Shown here: in pieces, positions 35,461-45,139 of the stretch
Position numbering within the stretch: the stretch's first letter is position 1
How the letters are laid out: each line of letters opens with the position of its first letter
Source of the DNA: a virus
Lineage: Duplodnaviria > Caudoviricetes
Virus record (IMG/VR): IMGVR_UViG_3300046526_000409
Location: 1-64,000 of that record
Length of the DNA: 64,000 nt
Reading direction: 5' to 3' (one strand)
Notes under the pieces: generated by a model
What the model saw: only the letters and a program-made list of their open reading frames with translations
Told to the model about the DNA's origin: nothing
The model's database searches: none
Translations under genes and position numbers: made by a program

Positions 35461-38400
35461 AGAGAACGAGATCAACCGGGGCGAGCCCAACTTTGGGGGC
35501 CGCCTCCTCGGCACCAACGGAATGCAGCGGGCGGCCGACAAGGTCTCCAGCGACATCGACAAGCTCGGTGCCAACATCGCCGCCCTCAACCGCGCCCTCC
35601 AGGGTGCGATCAACTCGGCCACGCGAGGGGCGGCGTTCCGTGGCATGCCGACGCAGGCATTCCCGGCGGCCAACCAGACGACCCGCATCAACGCGGCCCC
35701 GATCTCCCACCCGCCGGCCAACACCGTCATCCAGGCTGGCGGCAGTGCGGGCTCCGCCTTCACGCACCCTGTCACCGGCCGCGTCTACAGCGGGGATCTC
35801 GGCGCTCGCCTTTCCGACCGCTACAACGCGCAGGTCGGCCGCTACGACGCGCGCACTGCCGCACAGTCCTCCATGGCGCAGGCGCAAGCACAACTCCGCA
35901 GCGCGCAGGAGTCTGCCCGACAGCAGTCGGCGCTCCGGCAGGAGCAGCTCCAGCTCGCCCAGATGCAGCGCGAGGCCCAGCGGCAGGCACAGCAGGCGGC
36001 ACAGCGTCAGCAGGAAGCCGCAGCCGCTCAGGCCCGCTACCAGGCGCAGCAGACCTCCGCATCGGCACGCTCCGGCGTCAATCCAGACCTGCTGGGCCGC
36101 GTCACCCCTGGTCGGGTGGCGCAGGCTCGGCAGACCAATGCCGACGCCCGCTACGGCTCGCTGTTCGACGAGGCGATCCGCCGCCAGAACATCGCCAGCA
36201 ACCCGACATACGGACTGCGCGTCGGGCAGCGGATGTGGGCGTACAACCGGGCCACGGGCCTGTCCAGTGCCACCGTCAGCGGCAGCGGTGTGTACGCCTC
36301 GCGCAACGGCACGGTACTCAACGCAGGGCGCCGGCAGCGTGATGGCTGGGACGTTCCTCCGGCAGGCGGATTCTCTAACCAGATACCCCTGGATGACCGC
36401 GGCTCTGTCGGGTTCGGGGGCAGCAGCTCAAGTGGCAACTTCGCAGCAACGGTGCCATCCAACAACAGCAGCTCCTCGGTAGACACCGCCGCTCCTGCCA
36501 ACTTCGGCAAGGGGCCCGGCAACACGCTCTACCAGCAGGCGGTCAAGTACGGCGACCGCATGAAGCCGCAGATGGAGGAGATGGACCGGTACACCAACTG
36601 GGCCTCCATAGCCTCCGGCGGTGCGCCGTCCGGCTACGACAAGTGGGGCTGGAAGAACAAGATCCGTGACCACAGCTACGGCATGGTCGTGGCCCAGTCC
36701 ACCGAGGACGCGAGCAACGCGAACTTCCTCCTGGATAAGAACTTCGGCCTGACGTACGGCACTTCGGCGCAGTCCTCTGCCCGCGGGAACGCCTTCGGTG
36801 CCGCGTACGTCGCCGGCTTGGACGCTGAGACCGGCGCCAAGCTCTACAGCAGCATGTACAACCCGCAGGCGTCGCTCGCCGCCCAGCGTCTTGGCTACGG
36901 CCGGACCATCGGCTCGGGAGGCAAGGCGGCTGGCATCGGCTCGCTCTCCGACAACATCATGTCGCGCACGTTCGGGTCCTCATCGATCTCGTCCAAGAAG
37001 TTCGCGGCGGCCACGGCCACCGGCCAGGTCCTCGACTACAACGTCGACCAGCTCGGCCAGGCCAGCGGCTGGGACGCAGACACGATCGACAACCTCAAGG
37101 AGTACATGCGGGGGCGCAACACCCTGTTGCAGAACTCCAAGATGTCCTCGTCCGCTGCCGACAAGCTGATCGCACAGGCCGCGCAGACTGGCGGTAAGGG
37201 CGACGACGCCCGCAAGAAGCTGTCCAAGTACGGCGTCTCGGAAAGCCTCGGGCAGACGAGGAAGACCTTCGAATCCCAGGAGCGTCAGCACGACGCCAAC
37301 ATGGGTGACTCCTTCGCCCACAACCTGGAGACCGCCACCAAGGCGGTGCAGAAGTTCGAAGGCGCCATCAACTCGATCCTCGAACTGCCCGGCATCAAGC
37401 AGGTCGTCGGCGCCTCAGGTGCCTGGGCCACGGCCACCAAGGAGCCGGTCAAGCAGATCAAGTCGATGTGGGACTTCGGCAAGAGCCTGCTGCCCACTGG
37501 CATCTTCGGTGGCGCGGCCGGAGCTACCGGCTCCACGGGCGGGGGCGACAGCAAGTCACACACCGCCACCTCCAACCACGTGGCCAGTGGGAACGCCGGT
37601 TCCGCCATCGCCGCTGCGCTGACCCAGATCGGCGTTCCCTACGTGTGGGGCGGCGAGCAGGAGGGCAAGGGCTTCGACTGCTCGGGCCTTACCCAGTGGG
37701 CATTCCGGAAGGCTGGCATCAACCTGCCCCGCACCTCGCAGGAGCAGATGGGCGTCGGCGTCGGTGTCGACAAGCAGCACATCCAGCCCGGCGACCTGCT
37801 GTTCCCCGAGCCCGGTCACGTGATGATGGCGATCGGAAACGGCAAGCTGGTCGAGGCGCCGCACACCGGTCTGGATGTCCGCGTCCGCTCGTACGGACTC
37901 GGCGAGATCAAGGCAGTCCGTCGCGTGGCCAGCGCGGTCGGTGCCCTGGCCAGCTATAACACCGACACCAAGCAGACCGACGACGACTCCGCTGGCAACG
38001 CCGGATGGTTCGGAGGGTCGGGCAACAGCGTCGGTCAGGAAGAGGTGGACGCCATCGCCGCCGCGCTGTCCGGCGGCGGCGGCTACACCATGGGCGCGCA
38101 GACCAGCGGCACCGGCCAGTCGAGCAACGCAGACAGCGCCACGGCGGTCTCCAGCGCCCCTTCGAACCCGAAGGGCAACGTCGCCCTGGGCAAGAAGCTC
38201 GCGGCCAAGCGGGGCTGGACGGGCAAGGAGTGGGACGCGCTCTACCAGCTCTGGCAGCACGAGTCCGGCTGGCGTACGAACGCGGATAACCCCACGTCAG
38301 ACGCGTTCGGCATCCCCCAGGCGCTTCCTGGATCGAAGATGGCGTCCAAGGGCAAGGACTGGAAGACCAACCCCACGACGCAGATCGAGTGGGGCATGGA

Positions 38401-38797
38401 CTACATCGCTGGCCGGCCCGACTACGGCAAGCCCTCGAAGGCGTGGGACCTGTGGCAGAAGCGCAGCCCCCACTGGTACGCCGTGGGCGCCTGGGACATC
38501 CCGGAGGACCAGCCGGCTGTCGTCCACAAGGGCGAGATGATCCTGCCGGCCGCCAAGGCGGAAACGATCCGCCAGGCGCTGATCAAGGACTCGGTCAACG
38601 TCGTCTCGCCGGCTGGCGCCGCAGCCTCCGGCGGCATGCACTCCGGCGGCGGGGTGTCACTCTCCTTCGCTTCGGGCGCCATCCAAGTCAACGTCACCGG
38701 AGCCATGAACGACCGGGCAGCCTCCGACGCGGCCAAGAAGGTCGTCGACTACATCGCCGCGGACAACCGCATCAAGCAACTCGGAGTTGGTGTCTGA
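35453..38797 (+). CDS. Tape measure protein with NlpC/P60 and lytic transglycosylase-like domains
   Basis: 1114 aa; GVPYVWGG..FDCSGL..H; HESGW...AFGIPQAL. Confidence 0.9.
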   Translation: MAEENEINRGEPNFGGRLLGTNGMQRAADKVSSDIDKLGANIAALNRALQGAINSATRGAAFRGMPTQAFPAANQTTRINAAPISHPPANTVIQAGGSAGSAFTHPVTGRVYSGDLGARLSDRYNAQVGRYDARTAAQSSMAQAQAQLRSAQESARQQSALRQEQLQLAQMQREAQRQAQQAAQRQQEAAAAQARYQAQQTSASARSGVNPDLLGRVTPGRVAQARQTNADARYGSLFDEAIRRQNIASNPTYGLRVGQRMWAYNRATGLSSATVSGSGVYASRNGTVLNAGRRQRDGWDVPPAGGFSNQIPLDDRGSVGFGGSSSSGNFAATVPSNNSSSSVDTAAPANFGKGPGNTLYQQAVKYGDRMKPQMEEMDRYTNWASIASGGAPSGYDKWGWKNKIRDHSYGMVVAQSTEDASNANFLLDKNFGLTYGTSAQSSARGNAFGAAYVAGLDAETGAKLYSSMYNPQASLAAQRLGYGRTIGSGGKAAGIGSLSDNIMSRTFGSSSISSKKFAAATATGQVLDYNVDQLGQASGWDADTIDNLKEYMRGRNTLLQNSKMSSSAADKLIAQAAQTGGKGDDARKKLSKYGVSESLGQTRKTFESQERQHDANMGDSFAHNLETATKAVQKFEGAINSILELPGIKQVVGASGAWATATKEPVKQIKSMWDFGKSLLPTGIFGGAAGATGSTGGGDSKSHTATSNHVASGNAGSAIAAALTQIGVPYVWGGEQEGKGFDCSGLTQWAFRKAGINLPRTSQEQMGVGVGVDKQHIQPGDLLFPEPGHVMMAIGNGKLVEAPHTGLDVRVRSYGLGEIKAVRRVASAVGALASYNTDTKQTDDDSAGNAGWFGGSGNSVGQEEVDAIAAALSGGGGYTMGAQTSGTGQSSNADSATAVSSAPSNPKGNVALGKKLAAKRGWTGKEWDALYQLWQHESGWRTNADNPTSDAFGIPQALPGSKMASKGKDWKTNPTTQIEWGMDYIAGRPDYGKPSKAWDLWQKRSPHWYAVGAWDIPEDQPAVVHKGEMILPAAKAETIRQALIKDSVNVVSPAGAAASGGMHSGGGVSLSFASGAIQVNVTGAMNDRAASDAAKKVVDYIAADNRIKQLGVGV

Positions 38798-39420
38798 TGG
38801 TGAGCCTCAGCAATCCTCAGTTCGACAGCCGTATGCGGGCTTTCCCGCACCTCGGCCTCTCGGGGAAGACGGACACGACTTTCTGGCGCGGAGCGATCAT
38901 CCGCGACGACAAGTCCGTCAAGGCCGGCCTGCTGTCGGTGAACTTCCTGTTCAACCCCGGCACGATCACCATCAGCCACCAGCAGGGCTACACCCTCACG
39001 GCAGACCAGCAGTCGGTAGACGGGAACAAGATCGGCGCAGGCGGCATCGGTACGCTCCAGTTCGAGCTGCTCTTCGACCGGACGTACGAGATGTACGCGG
39101 GTGGTGCCACGAAGCTCGAAGACCCGGCGATCAAGGGAGTCCTCTCCGACGTCGAGGCGATGTACAACATCACCGGGGCCTACGACATCACCGCCAAGGG
39201 TCCGAAGGCGAAGGTCCTTCAGGCTATGCAGCCCAACCCGTGCACGTTCTACTTCGGCGGCACCGCAGCCGGCTTCCTGGGCAACAACAACCTGTCCTAC
39301 TACGGCGTCGTCACGAGCCTGGTCGTCACGCACACCCACTTCTCCCGCGACATGGTGCCGCAGCGCTGTGCCATGAGTCTCACGGTGGACATTCAGACGA
39401 AGGACAATCCGACACTGTGA
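38797..39420 (+). CDS. Tube-initiator (CIS tube-like) baseplate protein
   Basis: FLFNP..I, LQFELLFDRT, HTHFSRDMVP. Confidence 0.8.
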   Translation: MVSLSNPQFDSRMRAFPHLGLSGKTDTTFWRGAIIRDDKSVKAGLLSVNFLFNPGTITISHQQGYTLTADQQSVDGNKIGAGGIGTLQFELLFDRTYEMYAGGATKLEDPAIKGVLSDVEAMYNITGAYDITAKGPKAKVLQAMQPNPCTFYFGGTAAGFLGNNNLSYYGVVTSLVVTHTHFSRDMVPQRCAMSLTVDIQTKDNPTL

Positions 39421-39692
39421 TCACAGCGAATTCGCGGTACTCATCCAGCGTCACCGTCATCGCTACCGGAAGTGACGGAAAGTCCCGTAATGTGATCCTC
39501 TCGAAGAGCCCAATTGTCATTGCTGCCACCGTGCAGATATACACCTGGGCCGAGGGTGACCGAGTGGATCTGGTGGCATACCGCAATTACGGCGACGCCT
39601 CACAGTGGTGGCGCATTGCAGACGTCAACCCTCAGATCCTGGACTGGACGGAAATAGCCGTCGGCACAAGGATTAGGATCCCGATTGTCTAG
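39417..39692 (+). CDS. LysM/tail-X-like baseplate protein
   Basis: GDRVDLVAYRNYGDASQWWRIADVNP...G..IRIP. Confidence 0.85.
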   Translation: MITANSRYSSSVTVIATGSDGKSRNVILSKSPIVIAATVQIYTWAEGDRVDLVAYRNYGDASQWWRIADVNPQILDWTEIAVGTRIRIPIV

Positions 39693-40857
39693 CAAGTGGC
39701 CAGTCATATCCCTGGAGACCCCCGCGCTGAGCGGGCGGAAATGGGTCACCGACGTGGCCGTCACCCAGGGAGAATCGCTACACGAGGTCGCCCAGATCAC
39801 GGTGCTCCACCAGATGCAGCGTGGCGCCTCCAGCGGCTCAGGCTGGTCCCTGGACGCCGCGGGTGTGATGCCCGAAGGAACACCCGTCTCACTGCGGTTC
39901 GGCGACACCATCCGCTCGACGCCGTTCTACGGATACGTCGCCTCGGTAGCAGCACAGGGAAGCGACATCCACCAGTCGGTCACCGCAACCGTGCAGGTGC
40001 CCGTGGTCTACACGTGCATAGGCCCGACCTACTTCATGCAGTCGCAGTCCAACCGGCTGTGGGCCTCGGCTACTGCCTCCTACGTCGCGCGAACCCTAGC
40101 CAGAGGCGCAGGTCTGCGCCCACAGGTGCAGCAGAGCAGCCGGCAGTTCGACAACCTTCCCCAACAGGCGACTTCCGACTTCGCTTTCCTCCGGGACCTC
40201 GCCGAGGAGGTCGGCTACCGCATGATCCCGAGCGGGTCGACACTTGCGTTCACGGATCCGCTGGTGTCCCTGCGAGAGTCCGGGGAGGACCGGCTGACCT
40301 TCCAGTACGACAAGGCGCGGACTGACACCGTCAAGAACTGGAAGTCGACCGCGGGACAACTGGACCCCCTCGGCGGCCGGCGCACCCGACGCGAGGGCTA
40401 CTCCTTCAACACCACCACTGGCGCCCTCGTCCGCGTCGTCGCCGACGGGACGCAAGACGCTGTGGTGACCCAGTACAGCACCGGCCGGCCGTTTGCGACT
40501 CAGGCGGAGGCCGCCGAAGGTCTCGCCGCCGAGGCCCGCCGCGAGCGCCTGTGGGTCCACGCGGAGGCCACGGTCCGCGGCGACTCCCGGCTGCGACCCG
40601 GCATCGAGGTGGAGATGGACGGCAGCGCCCTTGGCCCCAGCGATCCGGGGCTGTGGATGATTCGATCCGCCACTCACCGGATCTCCGTCATGCCGGGCCA
40701 GCCCACAGCCGGCGTCTACTGGACCGACGTCACCCTTGGCCGCAACCGCCTTGACGGTCTCGACTACGTTCCCAAGTCCGGCCTGGTCGACGCAGTCCAG
40801 GACGGCACGTCACTTATCGACGGGCGCTGGCGCGCTCAGCACGTGGGGAGGGCCTGA
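39685..40857 (+). CDS. Baseplate hub (gp27/GpD/VgrG-like)
   Basis: QQATSDFAFLRDLAEEVGY; GDSRLRPG. Confidence 0.85.
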   Translation: MSSKWPVISLETPALSGRKWVTDVAVTQGESLHEVAQITVLHQMQRGASSGSGWSLDAAGVMPEGTPVSLRFGDTIRSTPFYGYVASVAAQGSDIHQSVTATVQVPVVYTCIGPTYFMQSQSNRLWASATASYVARTLARGAGLRPQVQQSSRQFDNLPQQATSDFAFLRDLAEEVGYRMIPSGSTLAFTDPLVSLRESGEDRLTFQYDKARTDTVKNWKSTAGQLDPLGGRRTRREGYSFNTTTGALVRVVADGTQDAVVTQYSTGRPFATQAEAAEGLAAEARRERLWVHAEATVRGDSRLRPGIEVEMDGSALGPSDPGLWMIRSATHRISVMPGQPTAGVYWTDVTLGRNRLDGLDYVPKSGLVDAVQDGTSLIDGRWRAQHVGRA

Positions 40858-40859
40858 CC

Positions 40860-41540
40860 ATGACGCTGTCCTCCACGAGCACCGACATCTACGCCGGCAT
40901 CATCACGCACGCGCAGGATCCTCAGGGACTCGGGCGCGTGCGTCTGCGCATCCCGCAAGTCTCAGGGGATGCCGTCACCGGCTGGGCTTACCCCTCGGGA
41001 CAGGTCACCCGACAGGCCGCTGTCAGCGAGCGCGTATGGGCCACCTACGACGGCGGAGGCCGGCGGCTGGTGTACTGGCCGGCCGAACCCGGTCAGATCA
41101 CCGGGCCCCAGATAGCCGCGGGCGCCCTGGACGGCATGACGGTGTCAGCCGACAAGCCCCTGCTCAGCAGCGACCACTGGACCGATCCGGTGCTCACGGC
41201 CGGCTGGGCAACCACCACGTCCTTCGGCGGCGTCACAGGAGTCCAGCCCATCCAGTACCGCAGGGACGCCTGGGGATCCCTGCACCTGTGCGGCGCCCTG
41301 ACCGTCACCGACCCAGCAGCCTCAGCCATCGCATTCACCGTGCCGGACGGCTACTACAACCCGAACTACCGCGTCGGGTACCCCGCTGTGGAACAGAAGG
41401 CTGACGGTACGTTCATCACGACCTGGGGATACGTCAACACGGTCGGCGCGGTCCACTTCGACAAGCCGGCCGGTTTCACCCGCAACGCCGGGGACGCCTT
41501 CTACGTCAACGCGCGCGTCCACCTGGGCACCATCACGTAA
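40860..41540 (+). CDS. Baseplate spike (gp5 OB-fold/gpV-like)
   Basis: DPQGLGRVRLRIP...TGWA. Confidence 0.85.
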   Translation: MTLSSTSTDIYAGIITHAQDPQGLGRVRLRIPQVSGDAVTGWAYPSGQVTRQAAVSERVWATYDGGGRRLVYWPAEPGQITGPQIAAGALDGMTVSADKPLLSSDHWTDPVLTAGWATTTSFGGVTGVQPIQYRRDAWGSLHLCGALTVTDPAASAIAFTVPDGYYNPNYRVGYPAVEQKADGTFITTWGYVNTVGAVHFDKPAGFTRNAGDAFYVNARVHLGTIT

Positions 41541-41553
41541 GGACAGCAGTCCC

Positions 41554-42672
41554 TTGGCCGACACCTACGCCAACTACGCCGACCTGGCAGCACACGCGGC
41601 CCTCGGCACCGACTACCTCATATCCTCGCGCGTGGTCGCCGGGGCGCGCGGCGTGAACATCGCCATCCACGGCGGCGCCATCGAGGCACCCACGACGCAG
41701 CTCGCGGACTACTGCGCCAACGTCCTCGGCAGCTCCTTCTACTCGTTCCAGGGCGTCATGAGCAGCGGCAACTCGGCGCTGCACGTCACCAGCACCCGCT
41801 TCGACGAGCCGACCATCTTCCAGGTCCTGCGCAACGTGGAGTGGACGGTGTCCTGGCACGGCACCAGCGGCAGTGAACAGGTCACCTACCTCGGAGGTCT
41901 GGACACCGAACTCGGGACCGCGATCAATCGGCGCCTTACGGCAGCCGGCTTCACCGTCTCCGAATCCCCGCAGGAGATCGACGGCAACGACGCGCTGAAC
42001 ATCGCCAACCGCAACTCGCGTGGCCAGGGCGTACAGCTCGAACTGAGCAGAGGGCTACGGGAGAGCTTCTACCTCAGCGGGGACCTGACCCTGGCGTCCA
42101 TCGCCGACGCCTCTCGCCGCACCGACATCTTCTACACCTACACGTCCGCGGTCATGGCAGCCGTCGCAGAAACCTGGCCCCAGAGCCGGCCCGACTCGGG
42201 CTCAACGGTGAAGCCCGTCGCAGGTACTGAAACCGTGACGAGCGTCGCCGGCTACCCCGGTGCGGGCACCATTCAGATGCGCATGCCCTTCCGGCTCGAT
42301 GCCATGGGCCGGGTGGCCGTTCTCACTTCCCCAGACCAGATGCTCGTCCAGCGATCCCGTGCCGTGGTAGCCACCGTGCCAGGCGAGTACGTCGGCCAGC
42401 CTGCCTTCGGATCCAACGTCTCCGCCGCCCTGTTCAGGCCCAGCGACCCCATCGCGCCAGCCATCATCAGCGACGCGGTCCGTGACGCCATGGCGCGCTG
42501 GGAGCCCGACGCCGTCATCACCGACATCCGCCCGGTCGTCAACGACGACCAGGAGGGCATCGTGGACGTCGAGGTCGACGTCGCGCTCAGCACCACGCCG
42601 GCCACCGAAGTGGAACAGACGGAGAGCGTGCGTATCCTGCCCGGCGGGCGCGTAGTGGGTGGCTCCCTATAA
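41554..42672 (+). CDS. Poly-gamma-glutamate hydrolase-family domain fused to a gp25-like baseplate wedge domain
   Basis: AIHGGAIE, LHVTSTRFDEP, SWHG, NIANR..GVQLEL; C-terminal TVPGE...PAFGS...RWEP. Confidence 0.85.
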   Translation: MADTYANYADLAAHAALGTDYLISSRVVAGARGVNIAIHGGAIEAPTTQLADYCANVLGSSFYSFQGVMSSGNSALHVTSTRFDEPTIFQVLRNVEWTVSWHGTSGSEQVTYLGGLDTELGTAINRRLTAAGFTVSESPQEIDGNDALNIANRNSRGQGVQLELSRGLRESFYLSGDLTLASIADASRRTDIFYTYTSAVMAAVAETWPQSRPDSGSTVKPVAGTETVTSVAGYPGAGTIQMRMPFRLDAMGRVAVLTSPDQMLVQRSRAVVATVPGEYVGQPAFGSNVSAALFRPSDPIAPAIISDAVRDAMARWEPDAVITDIRPVVNDDQEGIVDVEVDVALSTTPATEVEQTESVRILPGGRVVGGSL

Positions 42673-42761
42673 CACTCGGGCATGCCCGCCTCATAAACTG
42701 ATCCACATACGGTGCACGAATTGGGACCCCTTCCGCTGTCCCAATTCAGGAGAAACTCACC

Positions 42762-44267
42762 GTGGCGGATCTTACGTCCAGCTCGCCGGCTATCGACTAC
42801 ACCTCGAAAGACTTCGAGGGATTCCGGCAGGCAATGCTCGACCACGCCGCCCGTGTCTACCCGGAATGGTCCGGCCGGAACACGGCAGACTTCGGCGTTC
42901 TGCTGGTCAACCTCTTCGCGTACATGGGCGACATCCTGTCCTACTACCAGGACGCCGCCGCGCGAGAAGCGTTCCTGGAGACCGCGACGCAGCGCTCCTC
43001 CGTACTCGCCCATGCGGCACTGCTCGGCTACACGCCGGCAGCGGCAGCCGCAGCGACTGGCAGCGTCACCTTCGTCACCGACGCCACCCAGACCACGGAC
43101 GTCGTCATCCCTGCCGGGACGCAGGTGACCACCGCCTTCATCGAGAGCCTTGACTCACCGCTCACCTTCGAGACCGATGCCGCGGTCACCGTGCCGGCAC
43201 AGGCCGGTACCGCCACGGCGTCCGTCACTGAGGGCGCGAAGGTCGGGACGCAGACCATCACGCTGAACGCGGGCACGGCCACGGAAACCCTCGCCCTCGT
43301 CGACAGCCTCGGCACCTCAGACGGAACCGGCAGCCAGACGTTCACCCTGCCATCCGCCCCGGCCCTGGTCGACACCGTCCGCGTCTTCGCCGGCAGTGAC
43401 TCACTCGTCGAGTGGCAAGTCACCAATGACCTGCTCACAGCCGGGCCCACCGACAAGGTGTTCACCCTCACCAGCACGGACACCGGAACCGTCACCATCA
43501 CCTTCGGCGACGGCACCCTGGGCGCCATCCCCGACCTCGACCTCCCCGTCTACGCCTCCTATCGAGTAGGCGGAGGGGCCCGCGGCAACATCGACGCCAA
43601 CCAGATCATCGACGTCAGCATCGGGATCGCCGGCATCTACATCGCCAGTTCCTCCGCCATGACCGGCGGCCGAGAAGTCGAAAGCACGGAGTCGATCCGA
43701 ACCAACGCTCCCAAGGCTTTCAGAGCGCAGGACCGCGCGGTGAGCCTGCGGGACTTCGAGGACCTGGCGCTGGCCGTACCCGGCAACGCGAAGGCCAAGG
43801 CGATCGGCGCTCACTACAGCGCCATCACCATCGCCACCGTCGGCGCGGACAACGCCGTGCCCTCCGACGACCAACTCACGGCCACGGCCCGGTACGTCCA
43901 GGACCGCACCCTGACAGGGGTCTATGTCGATGTCGTTCCCGGCACGCTCGTCGGCGTCAACATCGGCGCTGCTGCCAGCCCGGTCGTCCTCGGCATCTAC
44001 AGCAACTTCAGGGCCTCAGAGGTCGTCCTGGCCGCGCAGAAGGCCCTCCAGGACCTCCTCTCCAGCCAGCGCTCCAGCTTCGGACAGCGCATCCCCGCGT
44101 CCAAGATCTTCGCTCTCCTCGACGCGATCCCCGGCGTGGAGTACGTGACCATCCCGCTCCTGGCCCGAGCCGACGGACAGCAGACCGGCGCACAGGACAT
44201 CATCTGCCGCGACTGGGAGATCCCTGTGGCCGGCCAGATCTACATCACCGCAGACGGCGGCCAGTAA
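42762..44267 (+). CDS. Baseplate J/gp6-like wedge protein
   Basis: IDYTSKDF, DFGVLL, EAFLETA, FGDG..G, QDRAVSLRDF. Confidence 0.92.
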   Translation: MADLTSSSPAIDYTSKDFEGFRQAMLDHAARVYPEWSGRNTADFGVLLVNLFAYMGDILSYYQDAAAREAFLETATQRSSVLAHAALLGYTPAAAAAATGSVTFVTDATQTTDVVIPAGTQVTTAFIESLDSPLTFETDAAVTVPAQAGTATASVTEGAKVGTQTITLNAGTATETLALVDSLGTSDGTGSQTFTLPSAPALVDTVRVFAGSDSLVEWQVTNDLLTAGPTDKVFTLTSTDTGTVTITFGDGTLGAIPDLDLPVYASYRVGGGARGNIDANQIIDVSIGIAGIYIASSSAMTGGREVESTESIRTNAPKAFRAQDRAVSLRDFEDLALAVPGNAKAKAIGAHYSAITIATVGADNAVPSDDQLTATARYVQDRTLTGVYVDVVPGTLVGVNIGAAASPVVLGIYSNFRASEVVLAAQKALQDLLSSQRSSFGQRIPASKIFALLDAIPGVEYVTIPLLARADGQQTGAQDIICRDWEIPVAGQIYITADGGQ

Positions 44268-44278
44268 GGAACCCCCAG

Positions 44279-45112
44279 ATGAGCAAGGTCTACCCCAACG
44301 CAGTCCGAACGTTCCCGACACACCAGGACGGCCGGGACTTCGTCCTGGCGGCCGACGTCAACGAGATCCAGGACGAACTGACCGGCGTCGAGACGGCCAT
44401 CGGCACCAAGCCGCAGGTATTCACAGACGCTGCCGGCAAGGCACACCAGTACAAGGACGTCGCCAGCCGGCTCGACTCGATGCAGCGCTACGACGACCAG
44501 GTCGCCAGCACCGTCAACTCCCTGATCGACGCCAGCAACACCGGATGGAACCTGCCGGTCGGAACCGCCCGGTGCACCGGCACCTCCATCGCGCCGACGG
44601 TCGACCAGCTCGATGTCGACATCACCAGGGACTGGCACCCGGTGAACTGGAACCGGAAGATGACCGACCTCGGCATCCCGAACAAGATCTTCCCTTGGCT
44701 GACGAGCCCCACTATCACCTGCCCCAAGACGGGCTGGTGGATCATCACGATGCGGCTCATCGCCACCATCCCCACGGGTCCCAACTCCCTGGACCACATG
44801 TGCTACTCGCGCATGTACCTCTCCGACCACGACACCGATGTCGCAGTCGGCTCATCCACCAACCCGCGGGGCACACACGGCTACCACCGTGCCGACCTCA
44901 CGTACTCGGGGGAGTGGTTCCAGGGCGAGCGGCTCCAACTGCAAGTCCGGCACATGGACTCCCTGCGGGTCCACAACCGCGCAAGCTCCCCCAACCCGGT
45001 AGGCAACATCACCGCCTGGGCCTGGTGCGGCCTGACCTACATCCGCGCACTGCCCGATGACGTGATCAGCCGCCCCATCGACGACCTCGACCCGGCGCTG
45101 CCGTCGGCCTAA
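44279..45112 (+). CDS. Hypothetical tail protein
   Basis: VYP...DVNEIQDE...IE.AIG N-terminus typical of fibre anchors. Confidence 0.7.
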   Translation: MSKVYPNAVRTFPTHQDGRDFVLAADVNEIQDELTGVETAIGTKPQVFTDAAGKAHQYKDVASRLDSMQRYDDQVASTVNSLIDASNTGWNLPVGTARCTGTSIAPTVDQLDVDITRDWHPVNWNRKMTDLGIPNKIFPWLTSPTITCPKTGWWIITMRLIATIPTGPNSLDHMCYSRMYLSDHDTDVAVGSSTNPRGTHGYHRADLTYSGEWFQGERLQLQVRHMDSLRVHNRASSPNPVGNITAWAWCGLTYIRALPDDVISRPIDDLDPALPSA

Positions 45113-45139
45113 CACGGCTCACCCCCAGGAGACACAGAC

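Noticed and set aside
32176-44267. Stand-alone extracellular contractile injection system
   Set aside because: Tail genes are contiguous with terminase, portal, capsid and replication genes, so this is a phage tail
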